Shown in pieces: positions 8,324 through 17,613 of a stretch of DNA of 32,000 nt (the first letter of the stretch is position 1; each line of letters starts with the position of its first letter). A program made the position numbers and the translations under genes. The notes beneath the pieces are model-generated. The model saw only the letters and a program-made list of their open reading frames with translations. It was not told the origin of the DNA and made no database searches. This stretch comes from Horticoccus luteus (GTDB lineage Bacteria > Verrucomicrobiota > Verrucomicrobiia > Opitutales > Opitutaceae): positions 1,830,001-1,862,000 of the forward strand of contig NZ_CP080507.1 in NCBI RefSeq assembly GCF_019464535.1. The letters are read 5' to 3'.

Positions 8324-9646
8324 GTGAACATCCAACTGACCAACGTCTCCGACACTCGTAAAACTCTGACCGTCACGCTCGAAGCGAGCGAAGTGGCGGC
8401 CGAGCATCAAGCCGTGGTGGCGGAGGTGGCGAAGGTGGCGCGCATCCCCGGTTTCCGTCCGGGCAAGGCGCCTGCGACCATGATCACCAAGCGTTTCGCG
8501 AAAGAGATCGCGGACGAGTTTCAACAGAAGGTGACGTCCAACGCGTATCGCAGCGCGCTCGAGCAGGAGAAGCTCGACGTGTTGAACATTGTGAGCGTTG
8601 AACCCGGCAAGATCGAGGCCGGCCAGCCGGCGACTGTGACGATCACGTTGGATGTGCGCCCCGCCTTTGAGATGCCCGACTACAACGGGTTGCCGACCGA
8701 GGTGCAGCCGACCGACGTGACCGACGAAGAAATTGACCGCGTGATCGAAGGTCTCCGCTCAGAACGGGCCGACTTCAAAGTCGCGGACCGGGCCGCGCAG
8801 AAAAGCGATTACGTGAAATTGGCTTACGAGGGAGAAATTGATGGCAAGTCCGTGAGCGAGCTTGCGCCGGACAAACAGATTTATGCCAAGGTCCCGCAGA
8901 CGTGGGAGGAAGTTGAAGGCGAAAACGACGGTGTCATCCCGGGTCTGGGCAAGCAACTCGCGGGCCTGAAAGCGGGCGACAAGAAGGACATTACGGTGAC
9001 GTTCCCGGCGGAATTCGCCGCGGTGCCGGCGCTCGCGGGAAAGACAGCGGTCTACCACGTGGAAGTGCAGGAAGTGCGGGAGCGCGTGCTGCCCGAACTC
9101 GATGAAACGTTCTTCAAGGCGCAACAGGTGGACAGTCTCGAGGCCTTGAAAGATTCGACGCGCAACAATCTGAAGCTCCAGAAGGACTATCAAAACCGCT
9201 CGGCCCAACGGCGGCAGGTGACTGAGGCGCTCGCCGCGCGGGTGGCATTCGCTGTGCCGGAATCTTTGGTGGAAGCTGAGACGCAAGGCGTGCTGCGGCA
9301 GTTCATCGAAGAGAACATGCGTCAGGGAATTCCCGCGGAGCAGTTCGAAAAGGATAAGAAACAGCTCTTCGAAGGGGCGCGCAAAGCCGCCGAACAGCGC
9401 GTGAAAACGCAATTGCTGCTCGCGAAGGTGGCCGAAAACGAGAAGCTCCAAGTCACGGAGAAAGATCTCGATTCCTACATCTACAACCAGGCGATGCGCA
9501 CGAACCAACGCGCGGACAAACTGGTGAAGGATCTCACGAAGGATCGGGAGCGCTTGCGTGCGGTGCAGCAGTCGATCATTTTCGACAAGGCGGTTGATTT
9601 TCTGGTGTCCAAGGCTACGGTGACAACCATTCCGCCGAAGGCGTGA
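8324..9646 (+). CDS. tig: Trigger factor
   Basis: 440 aa with a GTG start. Ribosome-binding signature IPGFRPGKAP near the N-terminus, a central FKBP-like region and a helical C-terminal arm. Conserved tig-clpP-clpX order. Confidence 0.9.
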   Translation: MNIQLTNVSDTRKTLTVTLEASEVAAEHQAVVAEVAKVARIPGFRPGKAPATMITKRFAKEIADEFQQKVTSNAYRSALEQEKLDVLNIVSVEPGKIEAGQPATVTITLDVRPAFEMPDYNGLPTEVQPTDVTDEEIDRVIEGLRSERADFKVADRAAQKSDYVKLAYEGEIDGKSVSELAPDKQIYAKVPQTWEEVEGENDGVIPGLGKQLAGLKAGDKKDITVTFPAEFAAVPALAGKTAVYHVEVQEVRERVLPELDETFFKAQQVDSLEALKDSTRNNLKLQKDYQNRSAQRRQVTEALAARVAFAVPESLVEAETQGVLRQFIEENMRQGIPAEQFEKDKKQLFEGARKAAEQRVKTQLLLAKVAENEKLQVTEKDLDSYIYNQAMRTNQRADKLVKDLTKDRERLRAVQQSIIFDKAVDFLVSKATVTTIPPKA

Positions 9647-9673
9647 ATGGTCTGATCAACGAACACCAAATAC

Positions 9674-10297
9674 GTGAGCAACTACTACATACCAACGGTC
9701 TGGGAAAACACCGGGCGGGGCGAGCGGCAGTGGGATATTTTCAGCCGCCTGCTTAAAGATCGCATCGTTTTTATCGGCACGCCGATCGACGATGGCGTCG
9801 CCAATGCGATTATCGCGCAGCTGCTTTTCCTCCAGATGGAGGACGCCAAGAAGGATATTCACGTTTACATCAATTCGCCGGGCGGCGTCGTCACAGGTGG
9901 CATGGCCATCTATGATACGATGAACTTCCTGCAGTGTGACATCGTCACCTACTGCGTCGGCATGGCGGCGAGCATGAGCACGGTGCTGCTGGCGGCCGGG
10001 ACGAAGGGCAAGCGTTTCGCGTTGCCGAACAGCCGCGTGATGATTCACCAGCCTTCGGGCGGCGCCGGCGGGCAGGCGGCGGATTTCGCAATCGCGGCCC
10101 GGGAGATTCTGCGGTGGCGCCAAACGTTGAACGAGATCCTCGCGCGGCACACCGGTCGGACGGTCGACCAAGTCCAGAAAGACTCCGATCGCGATTACTA
10201 CATGAGCGCCGACCAGGCGAAGGAATACGGAATCGTCGACCACGTGGTGGCTAACACGCGTGATGCTCAAACGCTAGCGGTGCCGAGCGCGGCCTGA
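9674..10297 (+). CDS. clpP: ATP-dependent Clp protease proteolytic subunit
   Basis: [20 protein letters not shown], catalytic Ser in GMAASMS, His in MIHQPSGG, Asp in [11 protein letters not shown] start. Confidence 0.95.
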   Translation: MSNYYIPTVWENTGRGERQWDIFSRLLKDRIVFIGTPIDDGVANAIIAQLLFLQMEDAKKDIHVYINSPGGVVTGGMAIYDTMNFLQCDIVTYCVGMAASMSTVLLAAGTKGKRFALPNSRVMIHQPSGGAGGQAADFAIAAREILRWRQTLNEILARHTGRTVDQVQKDSDRDYYMSADQAKEYGIVDHVVANTRDAQTLAVPSAA

Positions 10298-10355
10298 GCC
10301 GTCCGCGGCCTCGTATTCGCTCGACAGAATTCGCGTTTGAGGCGATTCACAGCTC

Positions 10356-11648
10356 ATGGCTAAATCGTCGCGGATGACCCTCTGCTCGTTCTGCGGGAAG
10401 TCGCAGGCCGAAGTCAAAAAGATCATCGCCGGCCCTGGGGTCTACATCTGCGACTCGTGCGTGAATGTCTGCAAGACGATCATCGAGCGCGAGGTCAAGC
10501 AGCCCAGCCCCGAAGGGAAGCCGGCGTTTCGTTTGGTCAAGCCTTCGGACATCAAGGCGACCCTCGATGATTTTGTGATTGGGCAGGACCACGCGAAGAA
10601 GGTCCTCTCCGTCGCCGTTTACAATCATTACAAGCGCCTCATGTTCGACTCGAACCTGGGGCGCGATGGGGCGGCGCTTTCGCCGGAGTTTAATGATGTC
10701 GAAGTCGAGAAAAGTAACATCCTGCTCGTCGGCCCGACCGGCTCGGGGAAAACGCTTTTAGCACGAACGCTGGCGAAGATTCTCGATGTGCCATTTGCGA
10801 TCTCGGATGCGACAACGTTGACGGAAGCGGGTTACGTGGGCGAAGACGTGGAAAACGTCGTGCTGCGGCTTCTGCAGTCGGCCAACTATGATGTGAAGCG
10901 TGCCGAGTGCGGGATCGTTTACATCGACGAAATCGACAAGATCGGCCGCAAAACGGAAAACGTTTCAATCACACGCGATGTCTCGGGCGAAGGCGTGCAA
11001 CAGGCATTGCTGAAAATTCTTGAAGGCACGGTGTGCAACGTCCCGCCCCAAGGCGGCCGGAAGCACCCGAACCAGGAATACGTGCAGATAAACACGGCCA
11101 ACATTCTTTTCATCTGCGGAGGCGCGTTTGTCGGTCTCGACGCGCTGGTGCAGCGCCGAATGGGGCAGCGCAGCCTGGGGTTTTCGTCGATCAAAGCGCA
11201 GCACGAGCAGGCGTTGGCGCCGGAGCAAATGATGAAGGCGCTCGCGCCGGAAGATTTGGTCCGTTTCGGAATGATTCCCGAATTTATCGGACGGTTGCCG
11301 GTCGTTTCCGTGCTCGACCAGCTTCAAGTCGCCGACTTGGAAAAAATTCTTCTGGGCACGAAGAACGCGATGGTGAAGCAGTATTCAAAACTGTTTGCCA
11401 TCGACGGTGTCCGGTTGCGGCTCACGGCCGATGCGGTGCGGGCCATCGCCGCGAAAGCGATCGAGTTGAAGACGGGAGCGCGGGCGCTCCGGTCGATCAT
11501 GGAAAATCTCATGCTCGACGTGATGTATGATCTTCCGCAGCGCGACGACGTGACGGAAGTTCTCGTCGACGCAGGCGTGGTGGCCGGACGGCGGCGGCCG
11601 ACGCTGCGTCGAGGCGGGAAACCGGAAGCGCGCGAAGACGCGGCGTAG
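10356..11648 (+). CDS. clpX: ATP-dependent Clp protease ATP-binding subunit ClpX
   Basis: N-terminal zinc-binding CSFCGK...CDSC, Walker A GPTGSGKT, Walker B VYIDEIDK, and an IGF-type loop (GF in LGFSS). Confidence 0.95.
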   Translation: MAKSSRMTLCSFCGKSQAEVKKIIAGPGVYICDSCVNVCKTIIEREVKQPSPEGKPAFRLVKPSDIKATLDDFVIGQDHAKKVLSVAVYNHYKRLMFDSNLGRDGAALSPEFNDVEVEKSNILLVGPTGSGKTLLARTLAKILDVPFAISDATTLTEAGYVGEDVENVVLRLLQSANYDVKRAECGIVYIDEIDKIGRKTENVSITRDVSGEGVQQALLKILEGTVCNVPPQGGRKHPNQEYVQINTANILFICGGAFVGLDALVQRRMGQRSLGFSSIKAQHEQALAPEQMMKALAPEDLVRFGMIPEFIGRLPVVSVLDQLQVADLEKILLGTKNAMVKQYSKLFAIDGVRLRLTADAVRAIAAKAIELKTGARALRSIMENLMLDVMYDLPQRDDVTEVLVDAGVVAGRRRPTLRRGGKPEAREDAA

Positions 11649-11715
11649 GGCGAGAGCGCCGTGGTAAACGGCGCTGCGACTCAGGCCGGAATTGGCGAAT
11701 CGCTTTTACTTGGAT

Positions 11716-12801
11716 TTACCAGTGGCCATAGTCGCCCTTTTTGAGATTCAGCGCGAACTCGACCAGCAGGCGGACGCAGAGCTCCACGTCGGCGAGGTCG
11801 ACCACTTCGCTCGGCGTATGCATATAGCGTAGCGGCACGCTCACCAAGCCCGTCGCAACCCCGCCACGCGTCATTTGGATCGCCCGGGCGTCGGTGCCGG
11901 TCGGTCGCGGATCGGCCTCGAATTGATGAGGGATTTTCAGTTTTTTGGCGGCCGCCAGCAAACGCTCGTAAACGCGCGGATTGATGTTGGCGCCCCGGCA
12001 GAGGATGGGACCGCCGCCCAGTTTCGTTTCGCCATATTTGCGGTTGTCGCAGTCGGGGTGGTCGGTGGCGTGGGCCACGTCGATGGCGATGGCTAAATGG
12101 GGATTGACGGCGTAGGCCGCGGTGGTGGCACCGCGCACGCCAATCTCTTCTTGAGAGGTGGCGACCGCGACGACTTGGGCAGCGAGTTTTCGTTTTTCGC
12201 GCGAGAGGCGAATCAGTGTTTCGCCGACGATGTAGGCGCCGACTTTGTTGTCGAAGGCGCGGGCCGTGCCAATGCTACCATTGAAAAGCTCGAATTCGTG
12301 ATCGTAGGTCGCGACGTCACCGATCGCGACTCGCGCAAGGGCCTCGTCTTTCGAGCGTGCACCGATATCGATCCAGATCTCATGAATCTCCGGCACCTTC
12401 TTTCGGTCGGCCTCGTTCATGAGGTGAATGGCGCGTTTGCCGGTGACGCCTTTCACGGCGCCAGCGGCGGTCTGGATGATGACGCGGCGGCCCGAAATCA
12501 CGGTGCGGTCGTGTCCTCCGATCGTATCGAAGTAGAGGTAACCGTCTTTGTTAACGTAGGTGACGATCAAGCCTAGTTCATCCATGTGCCCGGCGAGCAT
12601 GAGGACCGGATCGCCGTCGGGGTGCAGGGTGGCGATGCGGTTGCCAAGGGCATCTTTTCGGTAGGCGTTTGCCGCCGGTTGAACGTGTCGGTCAAAGACA
12701 GCTTGTGCTTCGGACTCGTAGCCGGAGGGCGAGCGAGCGTGCAGTAGTTCGGTCAGGAACGCGGGGGCTTCGTAATTCGGCATGGATTTAGTCTCGCGCA
12801 T
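11716..12801 (-). CDS. M42-family aminopeptidase (FrvX/YsdC/CelM-like)
   Basis: 361 aa. AGHMDELG, FDNKVG, SQEEIGVRGA and HTPSEVV are typical M42 metal-ligand blocks. An alternative start at 12783 (MPNYE...) is possible. Confidence 0.85.
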   Translation of the reverse strand: MRETKSMPNYEAPAFLTELLHARSPSGYESEAQAVFDRHVQPAANAYRKDALGNRIATLHPDGDPVLMLAGHMDELGLIVTYVNKDGYLYFDTIGGHDRTVISGRRVIIQTAAGAVKGVTGKRAIHLMNEADRKKVPEIHEIWIDIGARSKDEALARVAIGDVATYDHEFELFNGSIGTARAFDNKVGAYIVGETLIRLSREKRKLAAQVVAVATSQEEIGVRGATTAAYAVNPHLAIAIDVAHATDHPDCDNRKYGETKLGGGPILCRGANINPRVYERLLAAAKKLKIPHQFEADPRPTGTDARAIQMTRGGVATGLVSVPLRYMHTPSEVVDLADVELCVRLLVEFALNLKKGDYGHW

Positions 12802-12830
12802 CAGGTCATCCGCGCAAAGCGTTTTTCCAG

Positions 12831-13553
12831 ATGACGATTTACCCAGCCATCGATCTCAAGGACGGAAAGTGCGTGCGCCTGCTGCAAGGCCGGGCCGACC
12901 AACAAACTGTTTACAGTGATAATCCCGCTGCAATGGCGGCCCGGTTCCGGGCGGCGGGCGCGACGTGGATTCACATGGTTGATCTCGATGGCGCCTTCGG
13001 CGGAACGCCGCGGAATCTTGCGGCGGTGAAAGCGGTGACAGACCTCGGGATCCACGTGCAACTGGGAGGCGGATTGCGAACGCGCGAAGACGTGGAGCGA
13101 GTTCTGGGGTTGGGAGTGCAACGCGCCGTCATCGGCACGCGGGCAGCCGAAAGCGAAGCATTCATCGGCGAGCTCGTGCAGTCGTTTGGAGATCGGATCG
13201 CGGTGGGAATCGATGCGAAAGATGGACAGGTAGCCGTCAAGGGGTGGGTGACGACCACAGCGACTACGGCGCTCGCCTTGGCGCAGCGCATGGATGCGCT
13301 CGGGGTCGGCACGTTAATCCATACAGATATCAGCACCGACGGGATGTTGACCGGGCCCAACCTGGCCGCACAACGCATGTTACTTGAGACGGTGAAGTGC
13401 CGTATTATCGCGAGCGGTGGCGTGAGCCGGCGGGAGGATGTGGTAAATCTGGCGAAGCTGACGCACGGTCAGGCGCGCTTGGACGGCGTGATTGTCGGGA
13501 AGGCGCTCTACGAAAACGCGGTGACGCTCGAAGAGTTAATCGCCGTCGCGTAG
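12831..13553 (+). CDS. hisA: ProFAR isomerase HisA (1-(5-phosphoribosyl)-5-[(5-phosphoribosylamino)methylideneamino]imidazole-4-carboxamide isomerase)
   Basis: MTIYPAIDLKDGKCVRLLQG...VYSDNP...HMVDLDGA...GGGLR...ASGGV...GVIVGKALYE; 240 aa. Confidence 0.9.
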   Translation: MTIYPAIDLKDGKCVRLLQGRADQQTVYSDNPAAMAARFRAAGATWIHMVDLDGAFGGTPRNLAAVKAVTDLGIHVQLGGGLRTREDVERVLGLGVQRAVIGTRAAESEAFIGELVQSFGDRIAVGIDAKDGQVAVKGWVTTTATTALALAQRMDALGVGTLIHTDISTDGMLTGPNLAAQRMLLETVKCRIIASGGVSRREDVVNLAKLTHGQARLDGVIVGKALYENAVTLEELIAVA

Positions 13554-13573
13554 GATTTCTGAAGCCAAGCCCA

Positions 13574-14818
13574 ATGACGCTTCCATCGTCAGTTGTCGCC
13601 GCGAAAGGCTATCTGGCGCTAGGTATCGCGGGATTTTTCGCCTTGGTGCTTTTTGTCGGGAGCCAGAGGCGGCCGGCATTTTTCGACGAGCCTGCGCATT
13701 TGCGGCAGGCGACAGAATTCGCGCCGGCGCCGACTCTGCACGATTGGCTGACTAACAACGACTCGTCCGCAGCCGGCCCTTTGTCCCCACTGCTCTTTGT
13801 AACGATGGGCGTGAGAACGATTGAGCGACCGCCGTTGTTCAGAATCCCGAACCTCATTCTTTTGGCGGCGATCACCGCGACACTCGCGGCCTATTTGCGG
13901 CGTCAGCCTGTGCCGCGACCGCTTGCGGGTGCGCTGGCGATGTTAGCGCTGCCGCCGATTTGGGTCTGCAGTGGCCTCGCCCTCACCGAAATTCCTGCGA
14001 TGATGGGTGTTGCCGCTGCGCTCTATGCGGCGGATCGCGTGGGGGCAATTGAGGACGAGAAAAACGCAGAGACGGCCCTGCCCGTTGGCTGGCTCGCGAT
14101 GCTCGCGGCGGGAATCGTGGTGGCGAGTTGTGGACGTCAAACCTACCTGGCGATTTTGCCCGCGCTGGCCGTAATCGCGGTCAGACGCAGGGCGGATTTG
14201 ATTCCGGTCGGGGCGGCTTTCGGCGTAGGGATCATCCCGATTGCAGCCGTCATGGTGGCGTGGGGTGGCTTGGCTCCGCCGTTGTTGCGCTCGTGGAGTG
14301 AAGGATTGGCACCGACGCACGCGGTCGTGGCGCTTTGCTACAGCGGCGGAATCGCGTTCTGGTTAGCGCCGCGCCTTTTCCAATCGCACTGGCGAGGAGC
14401 GACGGTATCAGCACTCGTGGCCATCGGATTGAATATGGCTGGCCTCGGAGTGCATCTGACCCTGTTTACCTCGGCGCAACGATTTCTTGGGCACCCGCAA
14501 CTATCGGCGATAGCTGAGGCCATTCTTGCAGCAGTGTTGATAGGAGCCGGGGCGGCCTGGGTGTTCGCCGTGCTGAGCGAAATCCTGCGGCGGCCGAGTC
14601 GAATGTTCATCGCCGGCGCATTGGGTGTATTGTTGCTTTGCGCCAGTTGCATGGCGATCAAGCACCAGTTTTCCAGCCGTTACATCGGCATGGCGGCGCC
14701 GTTTTTTATCAGCATGCTCGCACCGTGGATGGGCTTCGGCCGGTGGGGTTGCATGCGCCTGGCCGTGGGAATGCTGGCGCGTTTCGCCGTCCTGGCATCC
14801 TACTTCCGCTTTGCGTGA
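13574..14818 (+). CDS. Polytopic membrane protein, possible GT-C-fold (ArnT/PMT_2-like) glycosyltransferase
   Basis: ATG at 13574 gives MTLPSSVVAAKGYLALGIAGFFALVLF, then FFDEPAHL (an acidic DE motif in the first extracytoplasmic loop, as in GT-C enzymes), then at least 10 hydrophobic segments. The 59 upstream codons of the ORF overlap hisA and are rejected. The family call is inference. Confidence 0.45.
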   Translation: MTLPSSVVAAKGYLALGIAGFFALVLFVGSQRRPAFFDEPAHLRQATEFAPAPTLHDWLTNNDSSAAGPLSPLLFVTMGVRTIERPPLFRIPNLILLAAITATLAAYLRRQPVPRPLAGALAMLALPPIWVCSGLALTEIPAMMGVAAALYAADRVGAIEDEKNAETALPVGWLAMLAAGIVVASCGRQTYLAILPALAVIAVRRRADLIPVGAAFGVGIIPIAAVMVAWGGLAPPLLRSWSEGLAPTHAVVALCYSGGIAFWLAPRLFQSHWRGATVSALVAIGLNMAGLGVHLTLFTSAQRFLGHPQLSAIAEAILAAVLIGAGAAWVFAVLSEILRRPSRMFIAGALGVLLLCASCMAIKHQFSSRYIGMAAPFFISMLAPWMGFGRWGCMRLAVGMLARFAVLASYFRFA

Positions 14819-16212
14819 CGCGTGCGGGGACGAGGGATCTTTTCCGCGATTTCCTCGAGCGGATAAGTGATGATTTCCGCCAGGGTCGGGTGATACCAGG
14901 GCGCTTTAAGCAGATCGAAGACCGTGGCGCGCATCGCAAGCGGACCGGAAAACGCATGGATCAACTCCCCGGCATCTTTGCCCACGATCTCAGCACCGAG
15001 GATGCGTCCGCGGTTGGGCTCGGCCACGACTTTTACGAAGCCGTAATTGGCGTCCATCAGAATGGATTTCCCGTGGTCGTTGAATGGGTAACTGGCGACC
15101 ACAAAGGGCAGGTCGCGCGCGGTGAGGTCGTGTTCCAGGAGGCCGATGGAGGCGAGTTGAGGATCGGTAAAAACCACGCTCAGGAGATGATCGAAATTGA
15201 CGGGCCGCACCGCTTCGACACCCGCGGCGTGACGGGCGGCTAGTTCGCCTTGCTGGATGGCGATATGCACGATTTCCACCGGCCCGGCGCAATCGCCCGC
15301 GGCGTAGATGTGGGGTAGACTGGATTGTTGCCAGCGGTTGGTGACGATTTGCTCGTTTGGACGGGTGCTCACCCCAATTCCGGCCAAGTTCAAGGCGGCG
15401 GTGTTGGGTTGACGGCCCAAGGCATTGAAGAGGTGAGCAGCCCGACGGCGAAGACGCTTCTTGCGGTGGACGAACGTCACGCAGACGCCGTGGCGGTCAT
15501 GCGTAATGCCTTCCAGTTTGGTATTGGTGAAGAGTTCTATGCCGTCGTCGACCAAGGCTTGCTGAACTACAGCGGCGGCGTCGGGCGAATGATCGCGCAG
15601 CACATGCGCACTACGCTGAATGAGTGTCACCTGCGAACCGATGCGGCGGAGAAACTGAGCCAGCTCGCACGCCACGATGCCGCCGCCGAGCACGACCACG
15701 CTGCGGGGCACGAAGTCCAATTCGAGCACGTCGTCGCTCGTCCAGAATTTCGTTTCGGCGAGGCCTGCGATGGGCGGCACGCTGACTTGGGACCCGGTGG
15801 CAATCAGGAATTTTTTCGCCCGGAGACGGTGGCCGGTCGACAGCGCAAGTGTGTGGGCGTCCTCGAAACGCGCGAATGCGCGTATCAGGTCAAAGGGGGC
15901 GGACTTGAGCGCATCAGCCCGGTAGTCGGCAAATTCCCTAATGATCTTTTTTTTGCGGGCGTGAATCGCTTTCATGTCCGGGCGGGCGGACGGAATTTTT
16001 AGCCCGAACGTTTTTCCTTTTTGGGCGAGGTGAAGGACCTCGGCCATGTAGAGGAGCGTCTTGGAGGGCATGCAGCCCCGCAAAATACAAAGGCCGCCGA
16101 GTTGTTTGGCCCCGTCGATCACGGCTACTTTCTTGCCCAACGCGCAGGCGACGCGGGCGGCGTTGTAGCCGGCACTCCCCCCGCCGATGACGGCGAAATC
16201 GTAGTCAAACAT
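14800..16212 (-). CDS. Class-I pyridine nucleotide-disulfide oxidoreductase (dihydrolipoyl dehydrogenase / mercuric-reductase-like flavoprotein)
   Basis: FAD motif VIGGGSAGY, redox-active disulfide GGLCILRGCMPSK, NAD(P) motif VVLGGGIVACE, AAGDC, and the C-terminal HPTLAE His-Glu dyad. Confidence 0.85.
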   Translation of the reverse strand: MFDYDFAVIGGGSAGYNAARVACALGKKVAVIDGAKQLGGLCILRGCMPSKTLLYMAEVLHLAQKGKTFGLKIPSARPDMKAIHARKKKIIREFADYRADALKSAPFDLIRAFARFEDAHTLALSTGHRLRAKKFLIATGSQVSVPPIAGLAETKFWTSDDVLELDFVPRSVVVLGGGIVACELAQFLRRIGSQVTLIQRSAHVLRDHSPDAAAVVQQALVDDGIELFTNTKLEGITHDRHGVCVTFVHRKKRLRRRAAHLFNALGRQPNTAALNLAGIGVSTRPNEQIVTNRWQQSSLPHIYAAGDCAGPVEIVHIAIQQGELAARHAAGVEAVRPVNFDHLLSVVFTDPQLASIGLLEHDLTARDLPFVVASYPFNDHGKSILMDANYGFVKVVAEPNRGRILGAEIVGKDAGELIHAFSGPLAMRATVFDLLKAPWYHPTLAEIITYPLEEIAEKIPRPRTRHAKRK

Positions 16213-16251
16213 ACCTCAACATGGCCCAACTCCGGCCGAACGGAAAGCACT

Positions 16252-17613
16252 TCATCGGCTTCCTTTGGCTGAAATCATCGTGTGAATTGTCTTCAACACG
16301 ATCGAGGCATCGAGAGTGAAGGAGTAGTGGCGGATGTAATAGAGGTCGTATTCCAGCTTGCGCAGCGTGTCCGTTAGGTTGGCTCCGTAGGGGTAATTCA
16401 CCTGAGCCCAGCCCGTGATTCCGGGACGCACCATGTGGCGAAAATGGTAAAAAGGAATTTGCCGTTCGTAGTCCGACACGAGCCGATCCCATTCGGCCCG
16501 CGGGCCGATCAAACTCATGTCGCCCTTGAGGACGCTCCAGAGCTGGGGAAACTCATCGATGCGCGTCGCGCGGAGGAATCGCCCCATACGCGTGATTCGT
16601 GAGTCGCCGGGGCGGGTGTAGCGATCCTCGCCGGTGGCGGATCCGGCCCGCATGGTGCGGAGCTTGAACAATCGAAACGGCCGTTGATGGCGTCCGATGC
16701 GGGTTTGGCCGTAGAAGACTGGACCGCGATCTTCGAGCCAGATGCCTAGCGCGGCGAGTGCGAGGATGGGGGAGGAAATCACAATGCCAAAGCCGGCTAG
16801 TAACAGATCGGACATGCGTTTCACGCGCTCAAAGACCGGCTCACGGGCGACGCGGAAGCCTTCCTGAAACAGCCACGTGGGGTTTAGTCGGTAGAGAGGG
16901 ATTTTTCGCCAGTAGGTTTCGTGGAACAGCTCCAGCGTATAGGTGGGAATCCCTTGGAAGTGCAGACGTACGAGTCGCTCTGCGACAGCGGGCTCGAGCA
17001 TTCGTCCTCCTTCCCGCAGGACGATGCCCTCGACTTCGAATTCGGCCCGATCGATTTTGCGCAACACTTCGGCCACCGAAATGGCCGGTCCTTCTTCCGG
17101 CGCCGCTCCGGGAGCGGCGAAGACAGCTTTGAAATGCGTTTGCTGACGTTCGCATTCTGCACGGAAGGTGGCGAAACTGGCTTCATCGCCAATGAAAACC
17201 AGGTGCCGCTGTTGTTTGAGCCGGGCTTGGCGTCCCGTCCAAACGCGACGGTAGGTCAGCGTGAGAGGAATGAGAGCAACGTAGGCGAGGAGGATCACCG
17301 CACGGCTCGATTGGAGGGCATAGCCAGCACCGATGAGGCCGAACGTTATCAGCAGGACGACAAACATGGCGCTGAGGAGTGCAATCACATGCTGGCTCGT
17401 ATAATCGAGCGCCATCATGTCGGTGCGGGTGTCGTAGCCGTCGATCAAGTAGACGACGATCAGCAACGCCAAAATTGGCACCAATAGCGGCCAAAAGAAG
17501 AACGTGTTGAACGCCGGAGTGGCGCGCAGCCGCATCACGGTGTTAAAAGTCGCGATGGTGGCGACGATATCGAGCGCGACAAACAACAGGCCAATTCGAC
17601 GGCTACGTTTCAT
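16252..17613 (-). CDS. Polyprenyl-phosphate glycosylphosphotransferase (WbaP/EpsB-type initiating sugar transferase)
   Basis: 453 aa. It has 4-5 N-terminal TM segments, a central soluble domain and a C-terminal bacterial sugar-transferase domain: PVFYGQTRIG...FRLFKLRTM...DEFPQLWSVLKGDMSLIGPRAE...PGITGWAQVN. GGAGG lies 6 nt upstream of the ATG. Confidence 0.9.
   Translation of the reverse strand: MKRSRRIGLLFVALDIVATIATFNTVMRLRATPAFNTFFFWPLLVPILALLIVVYLIDGYDTRTDMMALDYTSQHVIALLSAMFVVLLITFGLIGAGYALQSSRAVILLAYVALIPLTLTYRRVWTGRQARLKQQRHLVFIGDEASFATFRAECERQQTHFKAVFAAPGAAPEEGPAISVAEVLRKIDRAEFEVEGIVLREGGRMLEPAVAERLVRLHFQGIPTYTLELFHETYWRKIPLYRLNPTWLFQEGFRVAREPVFERVKRMSDLLLAGFGIVISSPILALAALGIWLEDRGPVFYGQTRIGRHQRPFRLFKLRTMRAGSATGEDRYTRPGDSRITRMGRFLRATRIDEFPQLWSVLKGDMSLIGPRAEWDRLVSDYERQIPFYHFRHMVRPGITGWAQVNYPYGANLTDTLRKLEYDLYYIRHYSFTLDASIVLKTIHTMISAKGSR

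Noticed and set aside
8759-10270. Antisense ORFs of 249 aa and 204 aa opposite tig and clpP
   Set aside because: They lie opposite highly conserved, confidently identified genes, and their translations are low in complexity and rich in R, H, L and F. The same reasoning applies to other antisense ORFs listed in the track (e.g. 25906..26538, 15325..16002, 6866..7606).
11655-11675. Hairpin AGCGCCG-TGGTAAA-CGGCGCT between the convergent clpX and M42 peptidase genes, as a bidirectional terminator
   Set aside because: The stem is only 7 bp and there is no U-tract on either strand, so I cannot support it as an intrinsic terminator.
13397-13573. 59-codon upstream extension of the GT-C-like ORF overlapping hisA
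   Set aside because: It is Arg-rich and out of frame over the hisA 3' end. The hydrophobic N-terminus begins at ATG 13574, 20 nt after the hisA stop.
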